DNA of 64,000 bases from Vicugna vicugna (taxonomy: Eukaryota). The translations under genes and the position numbers were made by a program. Position 1 is the stretch's first letter, and every line of letters begins with the position of its first letter. A model generated the notes under the pieces. That model did no database searches. It had not been told where the DNA came from and saw only the letters and a list, made by a program, of their open reading frames with translations. The DNA lies in the NCBI GenBank assembly GCA_013265495.1, contig MU061579.1, forward strand, positions 358,872 through 422,871, written 5' to 3'. Below are positions 1 to 13,222 of the stretch, piece by piece.

Positions 1-256
1 TGAGTGATGGCAGAGCTAATTTAAAAGGAGCAGTGAGTACAGAAATATTAAAACTTTAATCATTAACTTTTAACCAGGGCAATGTGGAGCAACTCAGTGA
101 TGTGTTATCTTTTCATTTTCTACACTGTCTGACAGCACATCTTTGATGGTTAAAATCAAGGTGAGAGGAGTGAGAATAAGAGGCCTGGATGATCCATTAG
201 AATAGTTGATGAGAAGTTCAAAGTCTTATTTTATAAAATGTTAAACTCTTCTAGAC

Positions 257-409
257 CAGTGATTCTCAACGATAGATGACTTTTCTCCCAAGGGACATTT
301 GACAATCTGGAGACATTCTTAGCTGTGGCTACCGGGAGGTTAGGATGGGTGCTACTGGCACCTAGAGTGTAGCCCAGTGTGACCATAATGTCAACACTGA
401 GAAATCCAG
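257..409 (+). mobile_element. MER20-like hAT-Charlie MITE, internally deleted
   Basis: Starts CAGTGATTCTCAAC and contains GGGACATTTGACAATCTGGAGACATT and GTGCTACTGGCACCTAG; degenerate 8-bp hAT TSD TTCTAGAC (249-256) / TTCTAGGT (410-417). Confidence 0.85.
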
Positions 410-1439
410 TTCTAGGTCAGCCTCCTCACTTTACAGAGACTATATCCAAGACTTGTGCATCCATACTAAAATACTTAACTGAATGCCCAGTTATCCAAGG
501 TCTTGTGCTGAGTATATGGACTGAAAAAATAAACCAAAACAGTCAAAATCCTGCCTTCAGGATGTTTTGGGTTAGAGGATGAGGGAAGAGGTGTTGTGAC
601 CCATAGAAATCCTTTTAGCAGAAACATTAAGTAAAAATATCTGAAATTTTTGAAGCCTAAAATTATCCTGTGTTCATGCTTGTATCCCCTTCTTACTCCC
701 CAAGCCCTGACATCCAGTAGCCTAATAAAGGTTAAGTAAAGAAATAAACCAAAGAAACTCATTATCATGCATCAAAACAAAAGCCCTAAAGTTCTATTAT
801 TCAATTACTATTTTATAGAACAATAATGGATTCTAAGCACATTTCTAAATTTTAGACATACTGAATTTAATAAAAGAGGCAAAGATCTTTCCTCTCATGG
901 AACTGATATTTTAGAAAGAGGAGGTATAAAAACCAAATAACTAAGTAAGTTATATAATATTTAAGGCCCTTGGCAAGAGGAATAAGAGCTGAAGAGGAAA
1001 AAAGTGGTTATTTGCCTAGACAATTGATTTGTAGTAAACAGTCCCACTAAAAATTACCTGGAATATCCATGACAATTATCAGGACAACTTTTCTGCTAAA
1101 TAAAATATTTAAGCTTAAGATAGAGAAAAATGAAGAATGATGTAAGGTGTTCTACGGGTAGAAACAGAGTTAAACTGTAAAACAGTGTGGTTGGGAGATA
1201 ACTCACTGGAAAGGTGATAGCCAGGCAAAAGCCAGAGGAGAAGAGGCAGTGAACTATGTAGATTCAAGGCCAGTGGGTTGAGGCGTGGGTGCTGATGTTC
1301 TAAGGACGAGGAATGATGAAAGGCATACAAATGAGCTAATATTCCTGCAGTAAAATAAAGAGAAACAGAATAGGAAATAGTTTCTTAGAGATTAAAGACT
1401 GGGGGATTTGGAGGTGAAGTTAGACTCTTCCAGCTCATG

Positions 1440-1900
1440 GTGAAGTCTTCAGTTTTCACCCAGACTAACATGGGGAGCCATCGGCAGGTGTCAGTGGTGG
1501 AGGGAAGGATCTGACTCACCTATGACAGAGTCACTTTGACTGCTGTGTTGAGACAGTCTGAGGTGGTGGGGATGGAAAAGGGGGAGTGGAGGGCCAGAGG
1601 GGACCAGCTGGGTGGTTATCTCCATGATCCCAGTGGCTGATGATGGTGACCTGGACCATAGTGGGAGATCTTGAGAAATGTTCATTTTCTGCATACATTT
1701 TGACCATTATGAAGATAAAGCTAAGGGAATCTGCAAGTGGATGGAATGTGAAGTATAAGAGAAAGAGAGGATCATGGGTGACTAAGGATTTGGTCATGAA
1801 CAATTAGGGGTTTGAAGTTTCCATTTACTGAGATGGTAAAGATTATTGGAGAAGCAGGTTGAGCTGGGGTTAGGAGGGTAATATCAGAAGCCCAGATTCA
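1440..1900 (-). mobile_element. L2 LINE fragment
   Basis: Purine-rich antisense-L2 motifs (GGAGCCATCGGCAGG, ATCCCAGTGGCTGATGATGGTGACCTGGACC, CCATTTACTGAGATGG...GGAGAAGCAGGTT); boundaries approximate. Confidence 0.75.
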
Positions 1901-4900
1901 AAAAGTCATTGGTCTTAGGTTATTTACCTAAAAGGAAACTATATAACTTGAAAGTCATCTGAAAAAAGGTTGAACATATAAACAGGCAGGCTTCTCACAG
2001 CAAGTATCTAAAATGTGTCTGTGTCATAATTCTACCTTTATCTTTTACTCCTTTGAACCCAACTGTCTCTTTTGAATTCTTTACCAAATAGACTGATTCT
2101 CACATATTGTATTTCTGATTGTGCCTTTCTGCTTCTCTGAGAATGGAGTTCTGGCACAGGTTTCTTACAATAACATAATCACTTCCAGTTTCACCACATA
2201 ACAAGGTTATACATACTGATTAAACTGTGACCACAGAGCTTCACAAGCCCTGACAATGCATGTAGCCCTGGAGTCCACCAATTTTGGTGCAAAATAATCT
2301 GACAGCTGGAATACTGTATATCTGTAAAGATACAAAGAATTAGAAACATCTTTTTTCTCAATATCTGAAAACATGTCTAATAGCAAAAGTAATTATTTCA
2401 TAAGTTTAGAAATGTCTGTTAATTAAAAGAAACATACTATTATGCAGATAAGTAATGATATAAATGGAATACAAACACTTTATGGTTATGTACTACTTAG
2501 AAAAGAGTTCTACCAAAAAGCCATTTTTTACTTTTCTTTCCCACCATGTCTGAGCTTAAGTATGGTCTGTATTTTCGTTTGTTTGGTTTTAGTTTTTGCC
2601 TCGTGTTTGCCTTGTTTTTTGCTTTTCTTTTGTCAGGGCTACACGGATGCTCAGGAAAACTGTAGTTTAAGAAGAGATCCTTAAGTACTTTGAGTTTGTC
2701 TTCATCTACAGAAATACGTAAAATGAGTCTCTGTCTTGTCACTTCTATTTTGCTTATTGGTCTTTATGTTTTACGTGATGTTTAGGGTTAATGGATTTGT
2801 GCACCATTTGTACAACTGCCACGCAGTGTCTGCAGTCTCTTTTGCTGAGCCTTCTAAAAGCAACATTTCTCCTCTTTGTAGTATCCTTTGTCCAATTCTC
2901 TGGGTGTAACTGCACTTCCCAGTTCACCTTTTCAGAATGAATGAGGATGGAAAAGGAAGGGGAATTAGCTTGGCATATAGACCTCACAAACTTTAAAGGA
3001 TACAAATTCTCCACCTGCAGACTGTAGAGTTAAAGTATACTATCTTGCATGCTTTGTTGAATTATTGATTCACTCTGTTCTATTTCTCAATCTCTTGTCT
3101 CACAAGCATAAAGCTGACCTGTGTATTAGAACCTTAATGACAGTTAGACCCTCATGAAGAAATATGCAGAGAGCAGATGAGATTTCCTAGAGGTTTACTG
3201 TGGGAAAATACGCATCAGAAGCTGCTCGGGGACGCATATTACATACCACAGTGTAGTTTTAAAAGCATCTTAGAAACCACAGCATTATGCCTTGACATTT
3301 CAGGTCAATATGAGTTTTCTTCTGAGTGCCTGGACCTGCTAAGATCTCACAGAGACCCAGGTTTGCATCCCTTGGTAGAGAAGGAGACAGACTTGGGGAA
3401 ATTTGCAGTGTGGTAAAGATTCTACGAAGTATGAACCTACCTTAGCACTAAGATGGGGGAACCCTAAAGCACTTCAGATTATTTTTCATCGACTCTCATG
3501 TAAAGGGAAGTCTGTGTGAGTACTGTCCCTGCAGGGTAGTACATTTATTTTTTAGGAAATATGTTCAGTAATACATTGGGGTTATAAAGCCACTTCCTCA
3601 GCACGTCTGGCTGATGAATCTTCACATTTACAGCTGTGTCTGTTACTGAGTGTAATGGAGAATCAGGAATGAGGCAGAGAGAGAGCAAAAGAGAAATTCA
3701 GAGACATGGAAACAACATAGTGGGAAATTTCTATGAAAGAAATAGTACATGGGTTTTAAGGAGGCAGTAAGTTTGCTTACAATCTTTACACACTCTGAAG
3801 CGCCCAGTCATACTCTGACAACAGATTAGAGGCTGAGATTTCTCCTGACAAGGCCAAATCCTCACTGGTATTATTGTATACTCTGTTTAGAGCTTTGGGG
3901 AATCTAACAGTGTGACAGTGACACAGTAAATGACAGTGAGTGGAAATCAGGACCCTTTGCTTGGTAGATCGGTCCACATACTTGAGCATCTGGGAGTATC
4001 AGACCACTTCACCAGATTTTACAATCAGAGTACAGGTGGTGTAAGAATTAAATTCAGTTTTTACTCTAAAGCTGAGATGAGTCATAAAGAATCCATCATA
4101 GTTAACAGTAAGAAAATAAAACCAAAGTATGAAAGCTTGACAATTTCCAACAAAACCAAATCAAAGAAAAAGAAAAACCTGCAAGAGCAGTGGAAGATTG
4201 TGGGTCAACATAGCACTGTTGATCATAGGGCTTCTTCAGACTGGTGATGCTGATTAAAGTCCACTAGTAGGTACTGATGATACAGATTTGGAATATATAA
4301 AGTTGGAAAAAAATGAGCACTGGCTGAGGAAGAGAGACGGTTCATTAACAAGCTCTAAAAAAATGAAAAAAATTAATTTTGACTATTAGATTGTTCTATC
4401 TGATGCTAATGTGCAGCAAAATAAATATCCGTATTCCTCATATGTAGAAACCTGATAATAGTTTGAGAAGACAGAATACGGCAGGGGTGATAAATATATT
4501 TAACATGATTATGTTAAATTTCCACTAAAGATGCCATAATTTTAGAAACTGGAACTTACCCCTGTGCTTTTGGGTCTCAGTATATACATTCTATAGTAAA
4601 CCTACTCTTTAGAACTGAAACAGTTCCAATCCAGTCATGTTATAGATCCTTTTATATCTTCAGCAATGGATCCAGCACCCTTAAAATCCAGGAAAACATT
4701 ATTTTGAGCCCCAAATCATATATCTCCTAATCTGCCAGTAGCTAGCGCACATGGCACTTGGCACACTGCAGTCACACAGCGTATTTCCAACATGCAAAAT
4801 GCACATATGCTTAATGACGTGTGATGTTCATAGCACTCACATTGACCATGTGGCGAAACTAGTCTGCATGTCAGTGTTAACATTACCAAACTACTTCTTG

Positions 4901-5105
4901 TATTTACTTGGAACACTGTATAAAATAACAATGCCACTTATGTAAATATTCATTCCTAACTTCAACTCATGACATAGTTAACCCAGCCAGTTAGTCAAAT
5001 TAAAAATTTCAGTACTCACATCAAGAATTAGGTATGAATTATAGTTTTAAGCATTTATGATAGCTTTAATCAAATTATGTTTAAAATATTTTTATATGCT
5101 GTTTT

Positions 5106-5123
5106 TACTACTACTATTATTAC

Positions 5124-5166
<43 letters not shown>
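5106..5166. repeat. (TAC)n/(TAT)n trinucleotide microsatellite
   Basis: Directly visible tandem TAC then TAT units. Confidence 0.95.
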
Positions 5167-5169
5167 GTA

Positions 5170-6150
5170 TAAAAATGGCGGTTACGTTTTACTTGAGCAA
5201 ATAATTTTAATTTGGAGATAAGCTAATCAAAATTAAAAGGCGCCATGAGCTCACAAATGCAAAGTGCCTTTTTTAGATCTCCCATTCACAAGCCCGGGCT
5301 AGAGAATGAGACTGCCACAGATCTGGCCTCTGGTGAGTAGCTGGCTCTGCGAGGAGCGTTTACTCTAATGACTCCCGCTGTGATTTAGATTAGGCCACTT
5401 GCAGTTTCAATTCACAAGCACTTATGAAAATTCTCACTCAGATTTACTTAAGGGAGCCCCTTAAACTTCAGACGGTTGTGTAGGATAATCACAGCCGCCC
5501 ATTTACTCTAAGTGCTGGAGAAAGTAAACTCTAACATAACCTTTCCCAAGCTGCACAAGTGCAAAATAAAATTATTTTGCTGCTGAAGCTTAGTAAACAC
5601 CTGTTCATAGCTGATTTAAGTGAGGTTGGATTTAATAAGAATCACGATATGCATTAAAGCAGGTCCAAATGTTTATATTATTACTCACCGCATGGGAAAA
5701 TAAGTTAGTCCCAATTCTTTTAAAAGCGAATTCTTCTGTGATTTGAGTCCTTTCAGCAAAAATTCATTAATTCATTAATTCTCATATAAATCTGTGTCCA
5801 TCCGGGGTTGTTTCTCTCAATCTCTGGTGTCAGATGCCGTGTAATTTTTGACAATTTCTTCCTTTCCTCTTTCAGTAACCCGTGGTTAGTGAGCAGCCTA
5901 GACAGCTAATGCCCACAAGCACAGCCATTCTTTGCCTCTGAATGTGCTCTTTTTCTCTCTCCGCCCTGAAATAAAGCCTGGGCACTCCACCAACGTCACC
6001 TGTGTTGTCATTGTGACCAGCAATGTGCTGAAGCCCTCTTGTAAGACAAAACCTCCAACTGTTACTATTAAAGTGAAGAGAATAGTAAACTGCCGTCCTG
6101 TAATACATCCCAAAATTTTAATATGTGCTCCCTGGAGCTCATGAATATAC
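5170..6150. promoter_or_regulatory. Candidate conserved non-coding/enhancer-like unique sequence
   Basis: No recognisable repeat; several retained CpGs; YY1-type AAAATGGCGG at 5172-5181; many TAAT cores. Conservation not verifiable here. Confidence 0.3.
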
Positions 6151-6429
6151 CATAGACAGAGATCTTCCAGTTTCTTGGCTGTGGCATTGAGTAGATAGGG
6201 GCTATATTGAATGAAAAGACAGGGGTAGATGCAATGCTTTTATTGTATTGCAAGAAGATACATGCTTCTTGCATGGGTTGGGTGCCTGTGTTTACACTTG
6301 TGACTTCTTTATCCAAAAGAAGGTGGATTTCCATAGCAAGAGCATGAGTTAAGCGTTCTTCCCCCAACCATAAGAAAGCATAAGGATAGGGGTAGCGTAG
6401 TGTTACAGGAAGGAAAGCAGATGATTGTA

Positions 6430-6750
6430 AATCACTTTGCAATCCATGAAGCTTTGTAAGTCAGGATGAAGAATTTTGACTTTCTGTTCGGTGTGATTGA
6501 AAATCATCAAATTGTTTTAAGTAGAGAAATGATTTAATCTTTTGTAGAGTTTTAAAGAGCGGGTGGTGGCTGTGTGAAGATTAGGTTGCATAGAATTTAG
6601 AGGGAATGTAAGAGGTCCAGTTAGAAAGCTATAGCTCTTAATGAAGGGGATGACAGAGGACTGCTCTAGGATGATCATGAGACAGAGAAAAATGCGTGAA
6701 GTCCATATGCTGTTTGGAGGTACGTCCGTAGGAATTGCATGTGAAGTATG
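6430..6750 (-). mobile_element. L2 LINE fragment
   Basis: Degenerate antisense-L2 motifs (TTTTAAGTAGAGAAATGA, CCAGTTAGAAAGCTATAG, GAATGAAAAAAAGGGAGGACTCAATGAT). Confidence 0.55.
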
Positions 6751-9700
6751 TGGTGAATGAAAAAAAGGGAGGACTCAATGATTGTCTGTTTTCAGAGCCC
6801 TTTCTGAAGATAAAAAGGATCATTAGGACTTGAAGCAGGACTTCCTCTTCCCCCTCCAGGGACAAAAGCTTGTCAAAATCCCTGTGCTTATGAAATCTGA
6901 TGATTTTAAAGAACGTGATGCTAATTCTAGGTCACCAAGTCATAGACAACTTTTAAAAAAAATTTACAAAATATGACATGCAATGTTTTCCTTATATTGC
7001 CATAATGTTTCCTTTTGCAGTTTATCTTTTTAAAAAAAAATGTAAACAAAAGTACTTTGCCTCCTTGAAAGTTAAGTCTGTACTTACGTCTCTATTTCCA
7101 TGTTGTTCACTGTTTCTCCTGATCTCCTTTCTCAAACTTTCTTTTCTACGTTTTTCTTACTTGAACATCTCGTCTGGCTGCACGTTGAGCGTTCCCTTCC
7201 TTGTGTCATTTCTATCTCCTCTTCTTCCACCTGCCACAAAGCTTGCTTTTTGTCTTTTCACATCTTAATTTCACATTCTTACTAGATTGGGAAATATTTC
7301 TCTCAATTAAATACTCTGCTAACTTAATAGGTTTTAAGCTTCATCTAATTTAAGAGAAGCAGGACAAGGAAGTCCACCTACTTATCTCTGTTCTAGAGAA
7401 AATGAGAGTTTACAAGTTTTCAGAGAAAAGTCAGTTCACCTCCTAATTTTGTGGTGTGGCCCAGTCAGTTTCTAGCCTGACAAGGTACCGAGGAGTAGTT
7501 TAAGTGGGAAAGAGGATTGTAAGCGGAACAGCCCCGTATTTACATCCATTTTTCATTGTATTGCTTTCTCTTCCCTGTTTCTACACTAGTCATATATGCT
7601 GTCCTTAACTGTAAATGCTAAAACTAAAGAACAATGAGTGTTTATAACAACTATGCCATTCTTTTCCTCCAGTTACACTAGTGAACTATTTCTGCCTATA
7701 TTACAGATGTGCATTTATCCCCCATGTCTTCTGTGTTATCATTTTAGGAAAGAGAAAATTTAAGAGTAAATAAAGTATTGCTTTAAACACACACAGACAC
7801 ACACGCACATACACTGTATCGTAGTGCTGTATAAAATCCATCTTTTTCTAATATAAAGCATCTGGGGAAAATGTATTTCTTCATTCAACACCATTTGATT
7901 GAATCCTACTATGAGAGGCACTGTACTGGGCGCTGGTGATTCAAAGATGAGTAAGACAGACATGGTCTTGTTTGTATTGGTTCTTAGACTGGAGTGAAGT
8001 TTTTTAGAAAAGCAAGTCACTACTCTCACTGTGCTGTTTGCAGTTTGGGAGGTATACGGACACATTCAGGCTATGAGTTTCTCTCTTTGTGAGTTTCTAA
8101 ATATATTCACAAGTCCAGAAAACATTCACGTGCAGATTTTTCCCAGCACTGTCAAAGGGAACGGGTGAGTTTTCTTTCACTTAGTATCTAAGAAGGCTCT
8201 GGATTCTCATTAGCCTTTGAAGCCTGGCTCACTGAGCACTTTCCAAAATGAAATCCTCTCACTTACCTTTTGCCATCTGAACTAAATACAAATTTCCTGC
8301 ACACTTAATTTCTTTATATGAGCAATACCAAAAGGGAACCATAACATAAATAACTTCTAGAATAATTTCTTCATGTCCTATAATGTATTATCATTAATGA
8401 TTATGTTCTATATTATCTAACAAGTGGGTTATTTCCCTTCCTGTACATAACTCAGCTTTGGAAAAGGACACAGTAAATACACTTCCACTAGGAATTTTCC
8501 GAACACTGAGGACAATAATGATCTGTTGTTTTCAAAAGAGTAACAAGCAAAAGAGGGTGAAAAACATTTTCTAGTGTTCTTAGTGTTTAATTGCTTTCTT
8601 AAAAGGAGACTTTCCATTAACTTTAATTAAACATTTAATAGAGATTGCAGCCTGAAAATATATTTTCCCATTGAAATTAAATTACTTCTCCCAAAGAAAA
8701 TAATGTGGCTGTCTAACAGGGTGGGTTGGATTTTCCATGGAGTTCTATCTGTCTCCTTCCTTTTCAGAGTAATTACTGACCTGTTATTAACACTCCAGGG
8801 AGAAATTCTTTCTGCGATTTACATTTCCAGATCATTCTCTCCTTTGTGTGCAGCTACACTAAATGCAGGATTTATTCTTTGTTCTGAATGTGCAGGAACA
8901 GATGCCTCAGCTACTAATTCTTTGTCTCATTTGGGGCATTAACAAAAGTGCTGGTTCCTGCACAGATCAAGGCTGTCCCCTCAACCGCAGCCTTGCCCGT
9001 ACTGTGGAGAGATGTGACATGAGAGCCTCTCTGCGTTCCGGAAGTCGAAGGGAGGAGGCACAGACTTTTGCTTTCTGACCTAAGTTCTTTGTACAGGTCT
9101 TCAAGTCTTTTCCAACTAGCACTACTGTCAAGGTTTCTAGCTTCTGTCTATTCATTAAATGCTGATTTAGATTTTTATGGCAACATTTGTCTCAGATGAG
9201 AGTTACGGTAAAGCTCATCCTCATCGTTAAACCTTATAATTTTTCTTGGGGTGTGTAATTGATAGTTCCATTTAAAAATCAAATACACTGTAATAAATTG
9301 TCTCAAGACTTTGAAGATACATCATGCAGTTAGCTTTTTTCTCACAGCATCATTTATAAAGACAGGATATGACTTTATGCCTGAGTAATACATTTTATTT
9401 AGAGCACAACAATGCATTGATGGATTTGTTGTAGATTATCTCAAAAGCAGAGTTATCGCAGAACAGCAGCGCACCAGAATGACCTACATCCACACATAAT
9501 GGCACCAGGATCATTTTGGAAACATAACAGATATTCAAGAAAGATAATTGAAAAAACATTTTTTCCTACTTAACTCGAATTGGATCAGTTACTATGTGAA
9601 ACGTCTTTCGTATTCTGGGTTTAATCTACCTTCTGTGTCTAACCTCAGACTATCAAACAGAATGGTCTCATGGCAGGTCTACTAAGGAATTCATCACTTC

Positions 9701-11138
9701 ATCTCCAGACAACTGTAATATTTTCGTAATTATTCACCTGTTTTCCATTATTTCCCCCGTGCCCAAATCCATCCTTTAAATTATTATTAAAATCAGCCAT
9801 GTAAGGTAAAGATATGATTGTGAACCCCAATGTTTGTTGAAGTACTCCAGTGGCTTCCCACTGCCTATAGGATAAAGTGCAAGCATTTTTAATGAGATAA
9901 GCAAGAACCGTTCTTAACTGACATCATTATTCTCCTTCAAATCAAAATTCACCGTGGTATATAAACTGTGCTTAATACTCTGATGACACTGTTTAGGGTC
10001 TTACATCATTATTTTATGTATCGTATTTTTTCCATGAATACTTATTGTATATCACCTCTTTTGGAACTACTGTGCTCTGCATTGGGTGAACATAACTGGA
10101 CCTGGAGTCTGACCTTATGATTCTTACAGTCTGATGGAGAGACAGAGACTAATCAAATAATCCCATAAATAAATATAAAATTGTACTGTGGTCAGTGCCA
10201 TAAAAGGGGAACACAGTGGTATTTACGCCTGTTACAGAGGAATTTGATCAAGTCAGAGAAATCAAAGAAAGCTTCCCTTGGAAGAATTTCAGAGAAAAGG
10301 TCTACAGGTCTCCATGTACTTTCTTTGCATGGAAGGAAGGGGAATAACATCATGAACAGAATGAGACCGTCCGCTTTCTTCCAGGCTCCCACTCATTTAC
10401 TGGAGCTTTTTCTGCTCTCTGAGTTGCTTTTCCTCTACCCACTTCTGCACTTTCACCTGATTCAAAATTGAATCCTCTAGAAAACACCTCTTCCTGGCTT
10501 CTTACCAGACCAATAAACTTCCTTTGTGTTCCTCCGCAAACGGCACATAATCCATGTTACGTTGTTTCTCTATTGAGAGGAGGAAAGAGAAGAGATGAAT
10601 GAAGGGGGAGGAGAGAAGAGAGGGAACGGATACTGCTCCTCAAAACACTTTTTTTCTTTCGAAAACCTACCCATTTGTTAAGGTCAAGTTAAAAACAAGC
10701 CTTCCTTTATTCTAGATTTTCTAAGCCAGATATGTTTCCTTCCTATTTGAAACTCCAGATATTTAGACTTATTTTATGGGTTTACTCCATTCTCCTTCTT
10801 TATGGTTTTTTTGGTTTGTTTGTTTGTTTTGCTTGTTTTGTTTTTTCATCTACCCACCACTAAGTGATTTCAAAATCCTTGAGGTAGGTTCTAGGTTTTT
10901 ACATCATTTAATTTCTATTTTATATATTTTATTGAATTCATGAGACAAAATAAAATTAAAATTATTTCTCTCTCTCTCTCTCCCACTGCTAACAATTTCT
11001 TTACATTTTAGTCTGCTGTAGGTCAAAGTCTCTATATCCCTTTACTGATCTCTAAAACTTTTGCATGTCTGTTTGAAGTGAAACTATAAATACAAAGTAT
11101 AAGGGTCACAGGACAAAATTCTTGGACATGTTTTCAAG

Positions 11139-11346
11139 CAGAGTTCCTCCACTTTGACATTTTTCTCATAATTATGGCCCAGATCATTGTTTCTGGGGGA
11201 AGCTGTCTTATGCATTGTAAGGTGTTTAACAGCATCTTTTGTCTTGACTCTCTGTATGCCAGTAGCAGCCCCTCTACTCCCTCATTGTGACAACCGGAAA
11301 TATCTCTAGACTTATCTGCCTAATGTCTCCTGCCTGAGAACCACTG
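11139..11346 (-). mobile_element. MER20-like hAT-Charlie MITE
   Basis: Reverse complement of MER20: TGCATTGTAAGGTGTTTAACAGCATC, ATGCCAGTAGCA, TTGTGACAACC, terminal GAGAACCACTG. Confidence 0.85.
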
Positions 11347-11504
11347 CTTTAACTATCAAAGAGTCCAAATTTCCCCAGATGAATACTAGGAATTCTGAGG
11401 ATTTTCACAAGGCTTTAATGTTCACAGAATGTCTCCAAGTCTGGCACAAAGTAGATGCTCAGTGGTTTTTATGATGATTCTTATAATTCTGTTTATTTCC
11501 TATG

Positions 11505-13222
11505 CCGGCATACCTTGCAAATAGTGTGGGTCTGGTTTCAGTTCAGCAATAACGCGAGGCACACATTTTTGGGTTTCCCAGTGCCTATGCAAGTTATGTT
11601 TCCAGTACACTGTAGTCTGTTAAGTGTGCAATAGAATTATGTCTAAAAACTGCACATACCTTAATTTAATTTTTTTTTATTTCTAGAAAATGCTAAGCAT
11701 CATCTTATGCTTCAGTAAGGAGTCATAATCTTTTTCTTGGTGGAGGGTCTTTTCCCCATGTTGATGGCTTCTGACTGATCAGGGTGGTGGTTGCTGAAGG
11801 TTGGAGTGCCTGTGGCAGTTTCTTAAAACAAGACAACAGCAGTGAAATTTGCCTCATTGATTGACTCTTCCTTCCATGAATGATTTCTCTGCAGCAAAGA
11901 ATGCTGATTAATAGCATTGATACCCACAGTAGAACTTTTTTCAAAATTAGAGTCAATCCTCTTAAACCCAGCCACTGATTTATCAACTAAGTTTATGTAA
12001 TATTCTGAATTCTTTGCTGTTCCATTTATAGAGCACAATCTGAGTAGATTTAGCATAATTCTTAAATTTAGAATGATAAATGAGCATTGGCTTCAACTGA
12101 AAGTCACCAGCTGCATTAACCTCTCCCAAGAGAGTCAGTCTGTCCTCTGAAGCTTTGAAGCCAGGCATTGACTTCTCTTCTCTAGCTACGAAAGTCCCAG
12201 ATGGCATCTTCTTCCAGTAGAAGGCTTTTCATCTACATTGACAATATGTTGTTTAGTGCAGCCACCCTCGTTCATTATCTCAGCTAGATCACCTGGATAG
12301 CTTGCTGCAGCTTCTACACAAGCCCTTGCTGCTTCCCCTTACATTTTTATGTAATGTAGACGGCTTCTTTCCTTGATCTTCATGAACCAACCTCTGCCAG
12401 ATCCCAACTTTTCTTCTGCTTCCTCACCTCCTTCAGCCTTCAGAGAATTGAAAAGATTTAGACCCTTTCTCTGGATTAGCCTTTGACGTTAGGGAATTTT
12501 GTGATCTATCCAGATCACTGAAACTTTCTCCATCTCAGCAGTAAGGCTGTTTCACTTTCTTATCATTCCTATGTTCACTGGAGTAGCATTTTTAATTTCC
12601 TTCAAGAACTTTTTCTTTGCATTCACAGCTTGACTAACTGGAGCAAGAGGCCTAATTTCAACCTGTTTTGGGTTTTGACATGCCTCCCTCACTAAGCTTA
12701 GTTATTTCTAGTTTTAGACTTAAAGAGAGAGATGTGTGACTCTTCCTTTCACTTGAACACTTAGAGGACATCCTAGGGTTGTTCACTGGACTAATTTCAA
12801 TATTGTTGTGACTCAGGGCAAAGGGGGACCCAACAAGAGGGAGAGAGATGGGAGAATGTCTGGTTGTTGGAGCAGTCAGAGCACACACAGCATTTATCGA
12901 TTAAGTTTGACGGGTGAGGTTCCTGGCACCACAAAACAATTATAATAGTAACATCAAAGATTACTGCTCACAGATCACCATAATAAATATAATAATAATA
13001 ATAATAATAATAATAAACAACAACAACAACAACAACAACAAGGTTTGAGATATTGCTATAATTACCAAAATGTGATACAGAGACACAAAGTGAGCAACTG
13101 CTATTGGAAAAATTGTGCTAATACACTTGCTCAGTTCGGGATTGCCACAAAACCTCCTATTTGTTAAAAAACCACAATATCTGAAAAGTGCAATAGATTA
13201 GAGCACAGAACAAGGATACCTG
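11505..13222 (-). mobile_element. Tigger1 (TcMar-Tigger) DNA transposon, internally deleted, with pseudogenised transposase
   Basis: TIR-like ends CCGGCATACCT (11505) and GGATACCTG (13222) followed by TA; minus-strand ORF fragments match Tigger1/TIGD1-type transposase ([57 protein letters not shown]). Confidence 0.93.
12978..13041. repeat. Compound (AAT)n-(AAC)n microsatellite inside Tigger1
   Basis: Directly visible. Confidence 0.9.

Noticed and set aside
4775..4920. Possible small TcMar element with CAG..CTGTA ends
   Set aside because: Inverted ends too degenerate to support a call
11723..12888. Domesticated TIGD1-like gene
   Set aside because: Fragmented by stops and frameshifts, internally deleted, and bounded by TIRs: a dead transposon
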